Assembly (NCBI RefSeq): GCF_049969415.1 | Contig: NZ_JBMFOX010000020.1 | Location: 1 to 22,516 of the forward strand | Direction: 5' to 3' | DNA from: Candidatus Hadarchaeum sp. | GTDB lineage: Archaea > Hadarchaeota > Hadarchaeia > Hadarchaeales > Hadarchaeaceae | Length of the DNA stretch: 22,516 nt | In this document: positions 7,931-17,576 of the stretch, one piece after another | How positions within the stretch are numbered: the first letter of the stretch is position 1 | Layout: every line of letters begins with the position of its first letter | The notes under the pieces: generated by a model | Seen by the model: only the letters and a program-made list of their open reading frames with translations | What the model was told of the DNA's origin: nothing | The model's database searches: none | Position numbers and translations under genes: made by a program

Positions 7931-9892
7931 ATGGAGCTTGAGAGAAGTCGGCTAATTTTGGATGGCATTCAAGAATTGATTGCCTATCAGGATTTAGAGA
8001 ACAGAGTTTTGTGGGCCAACAAGGTATCGGGGGATTCGGTTGGTTTAGCCCCCGAAAAGCTGGTGGGCAGATTTTGCTATGAAATCTGGCACCGGCGGGA
8101 CCGGCCCTGCGAAGGGTGTCCGGTGGTAAAGGCGAGAGAAACCGGCCAGCCTCAGGAGGCCGAGATCACCACTCCCGATGGAAGGGTATGGTACATAAGG
8201 GGTTATCCAGTTCGTGACGAGAGGGGCCGGGTTTTGGGCGTTATCGAGATTACTCACGAAATAACGGAGCGGAAGCAGTTGGAGTTAGAGATGCAGAAGG
8301 CGCGGGAATTGGCCGAGGGCATCGTTGACACCGTTCGTGAGCCCCTGTTGGTCTTGGACGCCGATTTGAAGGTGGTTTCAGCCAATCGGACCTTTTACCA
8401 GACTTTTAAGGTAACTGCTGAGGAGACCGAAGGACGCCGTATCTATGAGCTCGGCAACCGACAGTGGGACATTCCCAGACTTCGGGAACTGCTTGAGGAA
8501 ATCATTCCTCCGAACACCTTCTTTGAAAATTTCGAGGTGGAACATGATTTTCCAAACATCGGGCGCAGGATCATGTTGTTAAATGCCCGTCGGATACACA
8601 CCAAGACCAACAAGACGCTGCTAATCCTCCTTGCGCTGGAGGACATCACCGAGCGCAGGCGGTCGGAAAGAGCATTGAGTGAGTCTGAGGAGAAATACCG
8701 GTCCTTGGTCGAATCCTCGGACGACTCGATATATCTGCTTGACCGGGAACTGAGATTCCTCTTCGCGAATCGGGCAGCGCTGAACCGGCTGGGGCTGACA
8801 TCAGAACAAGTGTTGGGGAAATCCTTTGCCGAGATTTATTCCGCAGAGGCTGCGGAGAGGCTTGCTGAGGCGGTGAAGCGGGTGTTGGAGACAGGCAAAC
8901 CTGTGCAGCAGGAGCACTGGAGCGAGAGACTTCATGGCGCCTTTCTCAGAACCTTAAGCCCAGTAAGAGACCCGAATAGTGGCGAGGTCACGGCCATCAC
9001 CGTGGTCTCCAAAGAGATAACCTCCCTCAAGATGATGGAGGCCTCCCTCCGTGAGGCAGGGGAAAGATTGAAGGCGATAATTGACTTTTCCCCGGATGCC
9101 ATCATCATCACCGATTTGCAGTACAAGATAATTGACTGCAACCTCTTCGCGCTGAAGTTGCTCGATATAGAAAGCAAGGAGGAGTTGATAGGCAGAGACA
9201 TGCTGGGGTTGATCTCTCCCCAGACTCGCAACGAAATTGTCCGGAGCATTCAGGAAGCCATGGAGACGGGAGTGGTAAGAGACGTGAGACATGAGCTGAT
9301 GAACGGCTATAGGATTCCGGCCGAAATTTCCGTTTCCGCAGTACCAGACGCGACGGGTAAACCATCGTCACTGGTTTTCGTGATAAAAGATATCACAGAA
9401 CAAGAGCGGGAAAAGGAGCGGAGACGGGAGTTCATTTACCGGGTGAATAACATCTCTCCCGGAGATTGCTGTCTCCACAACTCCCACCAGGCCTTGTACA
9501 ACATCTTCGCGCAGCTAACTCTGCAAGGTGTGCCTGGAATTTGCTTTACCCGGGAAAAGCCGGAGGATCTAGCCAAGTTTGGTATCACCAGAGACAAGGT
9601 GGTCGTTATTTCTTCAGTGCCTCTCGCCGGGTATGAGACGTTGGACGGACTCCAGCAGGTCAGCCTAAGGATTGCGGAATTTCTCAAAGAAAATCGGAAA
9701 TCGGTGGTGTTGCTGGACGGTCTCGAGTATCTTGTAAGCCGATGGGGTTTCGACACGGTTTATCGCTTTCTCCAAGAAAAGCGCTTCAGCTTTTTGGAGA
9801 GCGAAGCCGTTCTTCTCGTTCCCGTGAACCTGTCGGCCTTCAGCGACCGGGAGCGGGCCCTCATCTCCACCGAGTTAAAGGTTATCGGCTAA
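7931..9892 (+). CDS. Cytoplasmic sensor protein with four PAS/PAC domains and a C-terminal DUF835 domain; may start at ATT 7880
   Basis: Four PAS repeats ending in (D/E)IT motifs (EITERK, DITERR, EITSLK, DITEQE). The C-terminus has 'GICFTREKP', 'VVLLDGLEYL....GF..V..FL', 'L..RERALI..EL', matching DUF835. No H-box or HATPase motifs and no TM helix. Confidence 0.85.
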   Translation: MELERSRLILDGIQELIAYQDLENRVLWANKVSGDSVGLAPEKLVGRFCYEIWHRRDRPCEGCPVVKARETGQPQEAEITTPDGRVWYIRGYPVRDERGRVLGVIEITHEITERKQLELEMQKARELAEGIVDTVREPLLVLDADLKVVSANRTFYQTFKVTAEETEGRRIYELGNRQWDIPRLRELLEEIIPPNTFFENFEVEHDFPNIGRRIMLLNARRIHTKTNKTLLILLALEDITERRRSERALSESEEKYRSLVESSDDSIYLLDRELRFLFANRAALNRLGLTSEQVLGKSFAEIYSAEAAERLAEAVKRVLETGKPVQQEHWSERLHGAFLRTLSPVRDPNSGEVTAITVVSKEITSLKMMEASLREAGERLKAIIDFSPDAIIITDLQYKIIDCNLFALKLLDIESKEELIGRDMLGLISPQTRNEIVRSIQEAMETGVVRDVRHELMNGYRIPAEISVSAVPDATGKPSSLVFVIKDITEQEREKERRREFIYRVNNISPGDCCLHNSHQALYNIFAQLTLQGVPGICFTREKPEDLAKFGITRDKVVVISSVPLAGYETLDGLQQVSLRIAEFLKENRKSVVLLDGLEYLVSRWGFDTVYRFLQEKRFSFLESEAVLLVPVNLSAFSDRERALISTELKVIG

Positions 9893-9917
9893 GGGTACAG
9901 TGGTAAATAAATCGTGC

Positions 9918-9977
9918 GGGCTCAGACTGGAGTTTCCGTTCATTATTTTTCACGTAACCCTCTTTTCCTCATCGCCC
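9918..9977 (-). ncRNA. Box C/D 2'-O-methylation guide sRNA
   Basis: Minus strand: GGGC-G-[C: AUGAGGA]-AAAGAGGGUUAC-[D': GUGA]-AAA-[C': AUAAUGA]-ACGGAAACUCCAGU-[D: CUGA]-GCCC. It is 60 nt with a terminal GGGC/GCCC stem and 12/14-nt guides. The D' guide is complementary to archaeal 23S UAACCCUCUU. Confidence 0.85.
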
Positions 9978-10018
9978 ATCATTAATGTAGGTTCATTATC
10001 TTTTTAGGTTTAGGTAGT

Positions 10019-12291
<2,273 letters not shown>

Positions 12292-12333
12292 GTCCGACAC
12301 CGTGGTTCACGATTGAAATAAAAAGTGTCTGAG

Positions 12334-12350
12334 GTGTTTTAAATTTTATG
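12334..12350 (-). promoter_or_regulatory. Putative BRE/TATA promoter of sudBA
   Basis: Minus strand CATAAAA-TTTAAAAC about 45 nt upstream of the ATG. Confidence 0.45.
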
Positions 12351-12369
12351 CCCGCGAACTGGCCGGGAA

Positions 12370-12789
12370 TCAGCCCTGAACCTCTTCGCTGCTCAGCTCT
12401 TGAATCGGTTTACCTTCGTGGGTGCGGGGTGCGAGGTAATCAATTAGGCGTTCGATGTCGGGAGCCTCAAGGTGGACAATAATCGGTCCCAGCGGAGATT
12501 CTCCATCGGTGAAGCTGACCTTGCCGACGAAGGCCACCTGTTTGTTCAGCATGAATTCGGTGGTATTGCCCTTCCGGTTGGCGAGCATCGTCGACCTGGC
12601 CGTGTCTAGGATTGCCTGTTGCCGGAGCAGCTGATGGAGCTTGGAGAGTGCCTCGATTTCGGTAGATTCTCCCACCAGTTTTTGTCCCCAAAGTTGTAGG
12701 TTCAAGGTTGGAAATATGTTCTTCACCGCGGCCTCGACCCTCTCCCGCGACTCGGTCAACCTGATCTCGGTTTCCACCCTAAGTTTCAA
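12370..12789 (-). CDS. DUF54 / UPF0201 predicted RNA-binding protein
   Basis: 'TE..E.V..AV.NIFP', 'LRQQAILDTAR', 'LNKQVAFVGKVSF....SPLGPI', 'IDYLAPRT..GKP'. TTG 12789 follows a G-rich SD and overlaps the upstream stop. Confidence 0.85.
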   Translation of the reverse strand: MKLRVETEIRLTESRERVEAAVKNIFPTLNLQLWGQKLVGESTEIEALSKLHQLLRQQAILDTARSTMLANRKGNTTEFMLNKQVAFVGKVSFTDGESPLGPIIVHLEAPDIERLIDYLAPRTHEGKPIQELSSEEVQG

Positions 12790-13354
12790 CGGACTTACCC
12801 CCAACGATTTTTCCGAAGATTTCCTCCACTTTTTTACGTAGATCCTCTAGGCTCCCTTCGTTCACGATAATGAAATCGGCCAAGGCAAGGGCATCGCCTA
12901 GGCCCCAGCTCAGCTCCCGTTTATCCTTTTGTTGAAAACTTCTGATGTCGGCGGTATCGTCGTCTCTTCTTCGACACGAGGTTCTCAAATATCTCGTTCG
13001 CTGACTTGACCAGCACCCGAGGAGATGAAAATTCTTGCCGAAGGCCTTTCGGAATTCTTTGACTTCGGCCATGCCTCGGATGCCGTCAACGACGACCATC
13101 TGGTGGCCCCTGCTCAGTTTTTTTATCAGCGGGATGCAGCGCTTGGCCACGGCGCCCAACCCTTCCTTTTTACGGAGTTCGTTGGAAAGCCGCCCCACGT
13201 TTTTTTCGGTGATCTTTTTTCCGCGGCGTCTCAGCTCCTCCCAGACGATGTCCCCCATTCGGACGCTGGGGGCGCCCATGCTCGCGAGAATCCGAGCCAC
13301 TTCAGTCTTACCTGATCCGGGCAGCCCGACGATGCCTATGATCTGCGGAGCCAT
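12779..13354 (-). CDS. UPF0200 P-loop nucleotide kinase-like protein (dephospho-CoA kinase-like)
   Basis: Walker A 'GLPGSGKT', 'MGDIV', 'VVDGIRG..EV..F', 'D.REL.WGLG.....AD..IVNEG'. Classic archaeal neighbour of DUF54. Confidence 0.85.
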   Translation of the reverse strand: MAPQIIGIVGLPGSGKTEVARILASMGAPSVRMGDIVWEELRRRGKKITEKNVGRLSNELRKKEGLGAVAKRCIPLIKKLSRGHQMVVVDGIRGMAEVKEFRKAFGKNFHLLGCWSSQRTRYLRTSCRRRDDDTADIRSFQQKDKRELSWGLGDALALADFIIVNEGSLEDLRKKVEEIFGKIVGGKSVET

Positions 13355-13587
13355 TACAATTCGACCACGATCAGCGTAGTGGTGTTGGTCACGCCGGGAA
13401 TGCTCCTGATGTCGCCGAAGATGGCCTTCGTCAGTTTTTCCAGCGAATCGACCTCGATTCTGGCGACGATGTCATACGGGCCAGCGACGGCTTCGGCCTT
13501 TTTCACTCCTTCAATGAGCTTTACCTTCTTAAAAACTTCGGAAGTTTTGCCGGGCTCCGCGGAGATCAGGCTATATGCGCTTACCAT
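13354..13587 (-). CDS. Stand-alone Lrp/AsnC ligand-binding (RAM) domain protein
   Basis: 77 aa with 'AY.LI..EPG', 'V.GPYDIVA.IE', 'IRSIPGV..TTTLIV' and no HTH. SD GGAGGT at 13594-13599. TAATG coupling to the next gene. Confidence 0.88.
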   Translation of the reverse strand: MVSAYSLISAEPGKTSEVFKKVKLIEGVKKAEAVAGPYDIVARIEVDSLEKLTKAIFGDIRSIPGVTNTTTLIVVEL

Positions 13588-13652
13588 TCCGATACCTCCA
13601 ATTCATATCTTTCCCGCTTTCCTTAAAAAACCGCTGAGGGTCTCCCTTTTTT

Positions 13653-15011
13653 CTATAGCTTCAAAAGTTCTCTGATTTTGTTCAAACCGATTTCTTTGAG
13701 CCTTTCCCGCTCGGCCTCGTCCCGTCCTTCGACAGCGAAACGCACCTTTGGCTCGGTCCCGGAGGGCCTGACCAGCACCCAGCTGCCGTTTCTGCGGTTG
13801 ACCCGTAGGCCGTCAATTTCGACAATCTCTTGAATCTCATCAATGCTGGTCAGAAGATGATCGCGCATTGAACGCATGAATTCCTCCTTTATCTCATCGG
13901 GGCACTCGAAGTCGCTGAGGTACATCGGGTAGTCCGGCACCCCTTCCGAGATTATCTCCGAGATCGGCTTCTGCTCGGCTGACAGCAGCTCCAGAAGTTT
14001 GGCGGCGCAAAAGATGCCGTCCGCCCAAGGGCCCAGCTCGAGAAAAACCAGTTTACCGGGCTCTCCGGCGAAACAGGCGTGGTGCTCCAGCATGGCCTCG
14101 GTAAAATCACCGAGCCCGGTTCGAACGACCTTTCCTCCCGCTCGTGTCACGACTTCGTCAATGGCAACCGAGGTATTGATGCTGGTTACAACCTTCCCGC
14201 CGCTAGCCCGCGCCACGGCGAGTTCCGCGAAAAGGGCGATGATGGCATCCGGTTTCACGAAGTTGCCCTGTTCATCCACCACCGCAATCCTGTCGGCATC
14301 ACCGTCGTGCGCCAGCCCGATGTCGGCGTTCACTTCGCGCACCGTGGCCATGAGATCGGTGAGGTTCCAGGGCTGCGGCTCCGGAGACCTTCCCGGGAAG
14401 TGGCCGTCGGGATGGGCGTTGAGCGTTACGACCTTGCAGCCCAGCTCCCGGAGCAGCAGCGGTGTCACCAGAGAACCGGCACCGTTGGCACAATCAATTA
14501 CCACCTTAAGGCCGGACTTTACCTTCACCAGCTTCTTGATGGCTTGGAGATAAGGTGTAATTGGCTCGTATCTTCGCACCTGGCCCAGTTCATCCCATTC
14601 ACAAATTTTGCTCCCGCCGCTGAGGAAGATGCGTTCTAGGGAAACCTCGTCCTCGGTTAGAAATTCAGTTCCGTCTGAACGGTAGAGGGCGAGACCGTTG
14701 TCACCCGGCGGGTTGTGTGAGGCGGTGATGATGGCGCCGGCCCCTGCCCCCAAAGATCGAGTGGTAAAGGCGAGGCAGGGTGAGGGCACAATCCCGATTT
14801 CGATGACGTCCGATCCTCCGTAGATGAGTCCGGCGGTGAAGGACCGGGCCAGCATCTCCCCTGAAGTTCTGGTGTCCAGTCCTACCACCACCTCACCACC
14901 GTTGACGTATTCCGCTAGGGCTTGGCCGAGCTTCAGCATTAGTTCCGGAGTTACCTTCGTCGCTATCGGTCCCCGGATGCCTCTGGTGCCGAAAAGCTTT
15001 TTGCCGAGCAT
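13653..15011 (-). CDS. Alpha-D-phosphohexomutase (phosphoglucosamine mutase / PMM-PGM family)
   Basis: 'LFGT.GIRG', phosphoserine loop 'TASHNP', metal loop 'DGDADR', C-terminal 'RPSGTEPKVR'. Substrate cannot be fixed from sequence. Confidence 0.9.
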   Translation of the reverse strand: MLGKKLFGTRGIRGPIATKVTPELMLKLGQALAEYVNGGEVVVGLDTRTSGEMLARSFTAGLIYGGSDVIEIGIVPSPCLAFTTRSLGAGAGAIITASHNPPGDNGLALYRSDGTEFLTEDEVSLERIFLSGGSKICEWDELGQVRRYEPITPYLQAIKKLVKVKSGLKVVIDCANGAGSLVTPLLLRELGCKVVTLNAHPDGHFPGRSPEPQPWNLTDLMATVREVNADIGLAHDGDADRIAVVDEQGNFVKPDAIIALFAELAVARASGGKVVTSINTSVAIDEVVTRAGGKVVRTGLGDFTEAMLEHHACFAGEPGKLVFLELGPWADGIFCAAKLLELLSAEQKPISEIISEGVPDYPMYLSDFECPDEIKEEFMRSMRDHLLTSIDEIQEIVEIDGLRVNRRNGSWVLVRPSGTEPKVRFAVEGRDEAERERLKEIGLNKIRELLKL

Positions 15012-15161
15012 GCGTCATCCCATAAACACGTCAGTCCCAGTTAATCTATCTTTTTTACATTATATAGTCGCAGCTGATTTCAGTATCCCGAGTTCACAGC
15101 GCTTGTGTAGCAACTGGCCTCGGCGCAAGCTTTTTCTAAACTTAATCTCCTCGTTGTCGAA

Positions 15162-15596
15162 TTGGGGGTGGGGATAATCTCCGAGGTCATTGAATGGAAT
15201 GAGGAGCTGGAGAGGATAAGGGAGAGGAGGCTAAGGGAACTAATGCGAAGATCGAGCGGTGAGGATAGTCCAGCTTTGGGCAGACCGGCAGATCTCAACG
15301 CCGCCACTTTCCGAGAGTTGGTCAAGAGACATCCTCTCGTCGTCGTTGACTGCTGGGCGCCGTGGTGCGGGCCATGCCGTCTGATTGCTCCAATTGTTGA
15401 GGAACTGGCCCAGAAATATGCGGGAAGAATAACCTTCGGCAAGCTGAATGTGGATGAGAATCCCACGATTGCATCCGAGTACCAGATTATGAGCATCCCC
15501 ACTCTTTTGATGTTTAAACAGGGTCGGCTGGTGGACCGGATCGTTGGGGCCCTGCCGAAGAATGCCTTAGAAACTAGGATTGCTCGTCTGCTCTGA
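15162..15596 (+). CDS. trxA: Thioredoxin (start uncertain)
   Basis: 'WAPWCGPC', 'KLNVDENP', 'IMSIPTLL.FK.G..VDRIVGA'. Charged N-terminal helix (EELERIRERRLRELM) as seen in archaeal thioredoxins. Confidence 0.93.
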   Translation: MGVGIISEVIEWNEELERIRERRLRELMRRSSGEDSPALGRPADLNAATFRELVKRHPLVVVDCWAPWCGPCRLIAPIVEELAQKYAGRITFGKLNVDENPTIASEYQIMSIPTLLMFKQGRLVDRIVGALPKNALETRIARLL

Positions 15597-15602
15597 AAGT
15601 TT

Positions 15603-16535
15603 TCAGCCCTGGTAGTGGTAAGGCCTTTTAATGTGACCAAAAGCGTCGATGGTCGCGATGATCGCCTGACCCACGGCCACGCCAACCTGTTTGACCGGAG
15701 TTGCGGTCACATCACCGGCAGCGTAGACCCCGGGGATGTTGGTCCGCTGCCGGCTGTCCACGACGATGTAACCGTGATCGTCGACCTTTACCCCTGCCGC
15801 CTTGGCCAGCTGGCTGTTGGGGATTTCCCCCGCTTGGATGAAAACGCCGTCGATTTTCAACTCGCTGGTTTCCCCAGTTTTGTTGTTGAAGAGAACCACG
15901 CTTCGAACCACATTATCTCCCTTTATTTCCCTGACTTCGGTGTTCCACAGTATCTCCACGTTTCGCTTGAGCAGATCTTTCACATATGCTTCCTCTGCCC
16001 TTAGTCTCTCCCTACGGTGGGCCAGCTTGACGCCGCCAGCGATGTTTGCTAGGTAGATGGCAGAAACCGCGGCCGAGTTGCCCCCACCAACGACCAAGAC
16101 GTTTTTACCGCGGAAAAAGGCGCCGTCGCAGACGGGGCAATAGCTCACACCCCGGCCGCGAAACTCGCTTTCACCCGGCACCCCCAGCTCTCGGAGACTA
16201 CAGCCTGTGGCGATGATTACGGCGGAAGCCTCGTATCCCCCCTTTTCCGTTTTGATTCGTTTTTTCTCACCAGCCAAGTCAAGCCCAATAACTTTTTCAA
16301 ACTGTTTGATCGGCACCCCGAATTTTTGACAGTGTTCCGCCATCTTGGCCATCAGCTCCTGACCGCTTATGGAGGGGAATCCGGGGTAGTTTTCTATTAG
16401 CGGTGAGTCGGCAGCTGTTCCTCCGGGAATTTTCTCCTCGATGATTAAAGTTCTCAGCCCGCTGCGCACACCGTAGAGGCCTGCGGTCAGCCCGGCTGGA
16501 CCGGCGCCGATTACCACCAGTTCCCATTCTTCCAT
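15603..16535 (-). CDS. trxB: Thioredoxin-disulfide reductase (NADPH)
   Basis: 'IGAGPAGLTA', 'IENYPGF', 'GRGVSYCPVCDG' redox CxxC, 'GGGNSA', 'HRR' NADPH motif, 'GVYAAGDV'. Confidence 0.94.
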   Translation of the reverse strand: MEEWELVVIGAGPAGLTAGLYGVRSGLRTLIIEEKIPGGTAADSPLIENYPGFPSISGQELMAKMAEHCQKFGVPIKQFEKVIGLDLAGEKKRIKTEKGGYEASAVIIATGCSLRELGVPGESEFRGRGVSYCPVCDGAFFRGKNVLVVGGGNSAAVSAIYLANIAGGVKLAHRRERLRAEEAYVKDLLKRNVEILWNTEVREIKGDNVVRSVVLFNNKTGETSELKIDGVFIQAGEIPNSQLAKAAGVKVDDHGYIVVDSRQRTNIPGVYAAGDVTATPVKQVGVAVGQAIIATIDAFGHIKRPYHYQG

Positions 16536-16559
16536 GTTATCACTTTAAATCAAGCATTT

Positions 16560-16583
16560 TTCAATATAAATCGATTTTATCGA
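16560..16583 (-). promoter_or_regulatory. TATA box of trxB with an abutting inverted repeat
   Basis: Minus strand TTTATATT (16570-16563), about 30 nt before the ATG, immediately preceded by TCGAT-AAA-ATCGA (16583-16571). Confidence 0.5.
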
Positions 16584-16601
16584 CCGCCAAACGATTTGTG
16601 T

Positions 16602-17153
16602 TTAAATTAGGAACAGCATCCCGAAAATCAAAAAGACCCCGCCGGTTATTATTTTGAGATATCTTCTGGGGAGGAGGCACATCAGTTTTTGACCTATTGA
16701 AAAACCAACCCCCATGAGAAGGGCAAAGGCGACCGACATTCCGGCGAAGACCAGCAGCGGTGAGTTATATTTTACGGCAAGCGCGATGATCGAGAACTGC
16801 GTCTTGTCGCCAAGCTCCATCAGGGCCACCATCGAGAAGGAGGTCAGCAGTGCCGATTGGCCCTCTTTGAAGCACACTTTTTCATCATCTTTTAGGACCA
16901 AGGTTCTTATGCCGAACAAGATGAAGATGGCCGCGCCGGTTATTTTTAACAGCTGAAGCGGCAGCAGGTCCGCCAACGCTGTTCCAGCGAGGATGCTCAG
17001 GCCATCAACAATGAGAACGGCCAGCATGGCTCCGATAAAAACGGGCGGGCCACGATATCGGCAGGATAGCGTTATCGCAGCTAGCTGGGTTTTATCACCC
17101 AGTTCAGCGAGGGCGATTATACCAAATGTCGTTAGTAGTGGTGTTAGGTCCAT
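16602..17153 (-). CDS. GDT1/TMEM165 (UPF0016) family cation (Mn2+/Ca2+) transporter
   Basis: Two copies of the family signature E-x-G-D-K-T (AELGDKTQ, MELGDKTQ) and about 6 TM helices. Confidence 0.92.
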   Translation of the reverse strand: MDLTPLLTTFGIIALAELGDKTQLAAITLSCRYRGPPVFIGAMLAVLIVDGLSILAGTALADLLPLQLLKITGAAIFILFGIRTLVLKDDEKVCFKEGQSALLTSFSMVALMELGDKTQFSIIALAVKYNSPLLVFAGMSVAFALLMGVGFSIGQKLMCLLPRRYLKIITGGVFLIFGMLFLI

Positions 17154-17230
17154 TTGAATCTTAATAACTTACATTTAACTCCCATAAAGCCATTTGACTG
17201 ACCTGTAGAAAGAACCACAGGCCGGAGAGA

Positions 17231-17575
17231 TTACTCATTTTCTCCAAATTCGGCTGGAATGTCCTCGATGGATTTATTAATTCCGAAGGCGCGCAGCAGC
17301 GTGTTCATCTCTCGGTTTGCCTTTTCCTTGGCGGTGGTTGCATCGACTCCGGAGTTGATGAGTTCCTCCTCAATCAGATCCCGGTAGACGGCAATGTTGG
17401 ACATGAAGTCCTCTGGACCGATGCTGCCGATGGCAATTCCGGCGTGGATCATCACCAGCTGCCCGGGCGAAATGCCTTCAAAGCCAACCAAGACATCTCG
17501 TCTTACGCCCCCTAAGTCCACCGTGGCGATTTGGCCACGGACCTCAATTACCTTGGCAGGTACTCCCCAGCACAC
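17231..17575 (-). CDS. hypC: Hydrogenase maturation chaperone HypC (C-terminally extended)
   Basis: GTG 17575 gives the required N-terminal M-C-x-x-x-P (MCWGVP) and follows SD GGGGTG. Also 'A.VD.GGV.R.V' and 'V.IHAG.AI'. Confidence 0.88.
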   Translation of the reverse strand: MCWGVPAKVIEVRGQIATVDLGGVRRDVLVGFEGISPGQLVMIHAGIAIGSIGPEDFMSNIAVYRDLIEEELINSGVDATTAKEKANREMNTLLRAFGINKSIEDIPAEFGENE

Positions 17576-17576
17576 C

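Noticed and set aside
7731-7955. 74-aa ORF upstream of the PAS gene
   Set aside because: It has no recognisable motif or SD and spans promoter/leader sequence, so it is probably spurious.
9938-10005. Direct repeat GTTCATTAT (9938 and 9991) as a possible mini-CRISPR or target-site duplication
   Set aside because: Only two 9-bp copies occur, one of them the sRNA C' box region, and no cas or transposase gene is nearby.
12335-12343. SurR-type GTT-N3-AAC site upstream of sudB (also looked for upstream of hydB)
   Set aside because: Only a mismatched GTTTTAAAT overlapping the TATA box is present, and there is no exact site in the hyp/hyd intergenic region.
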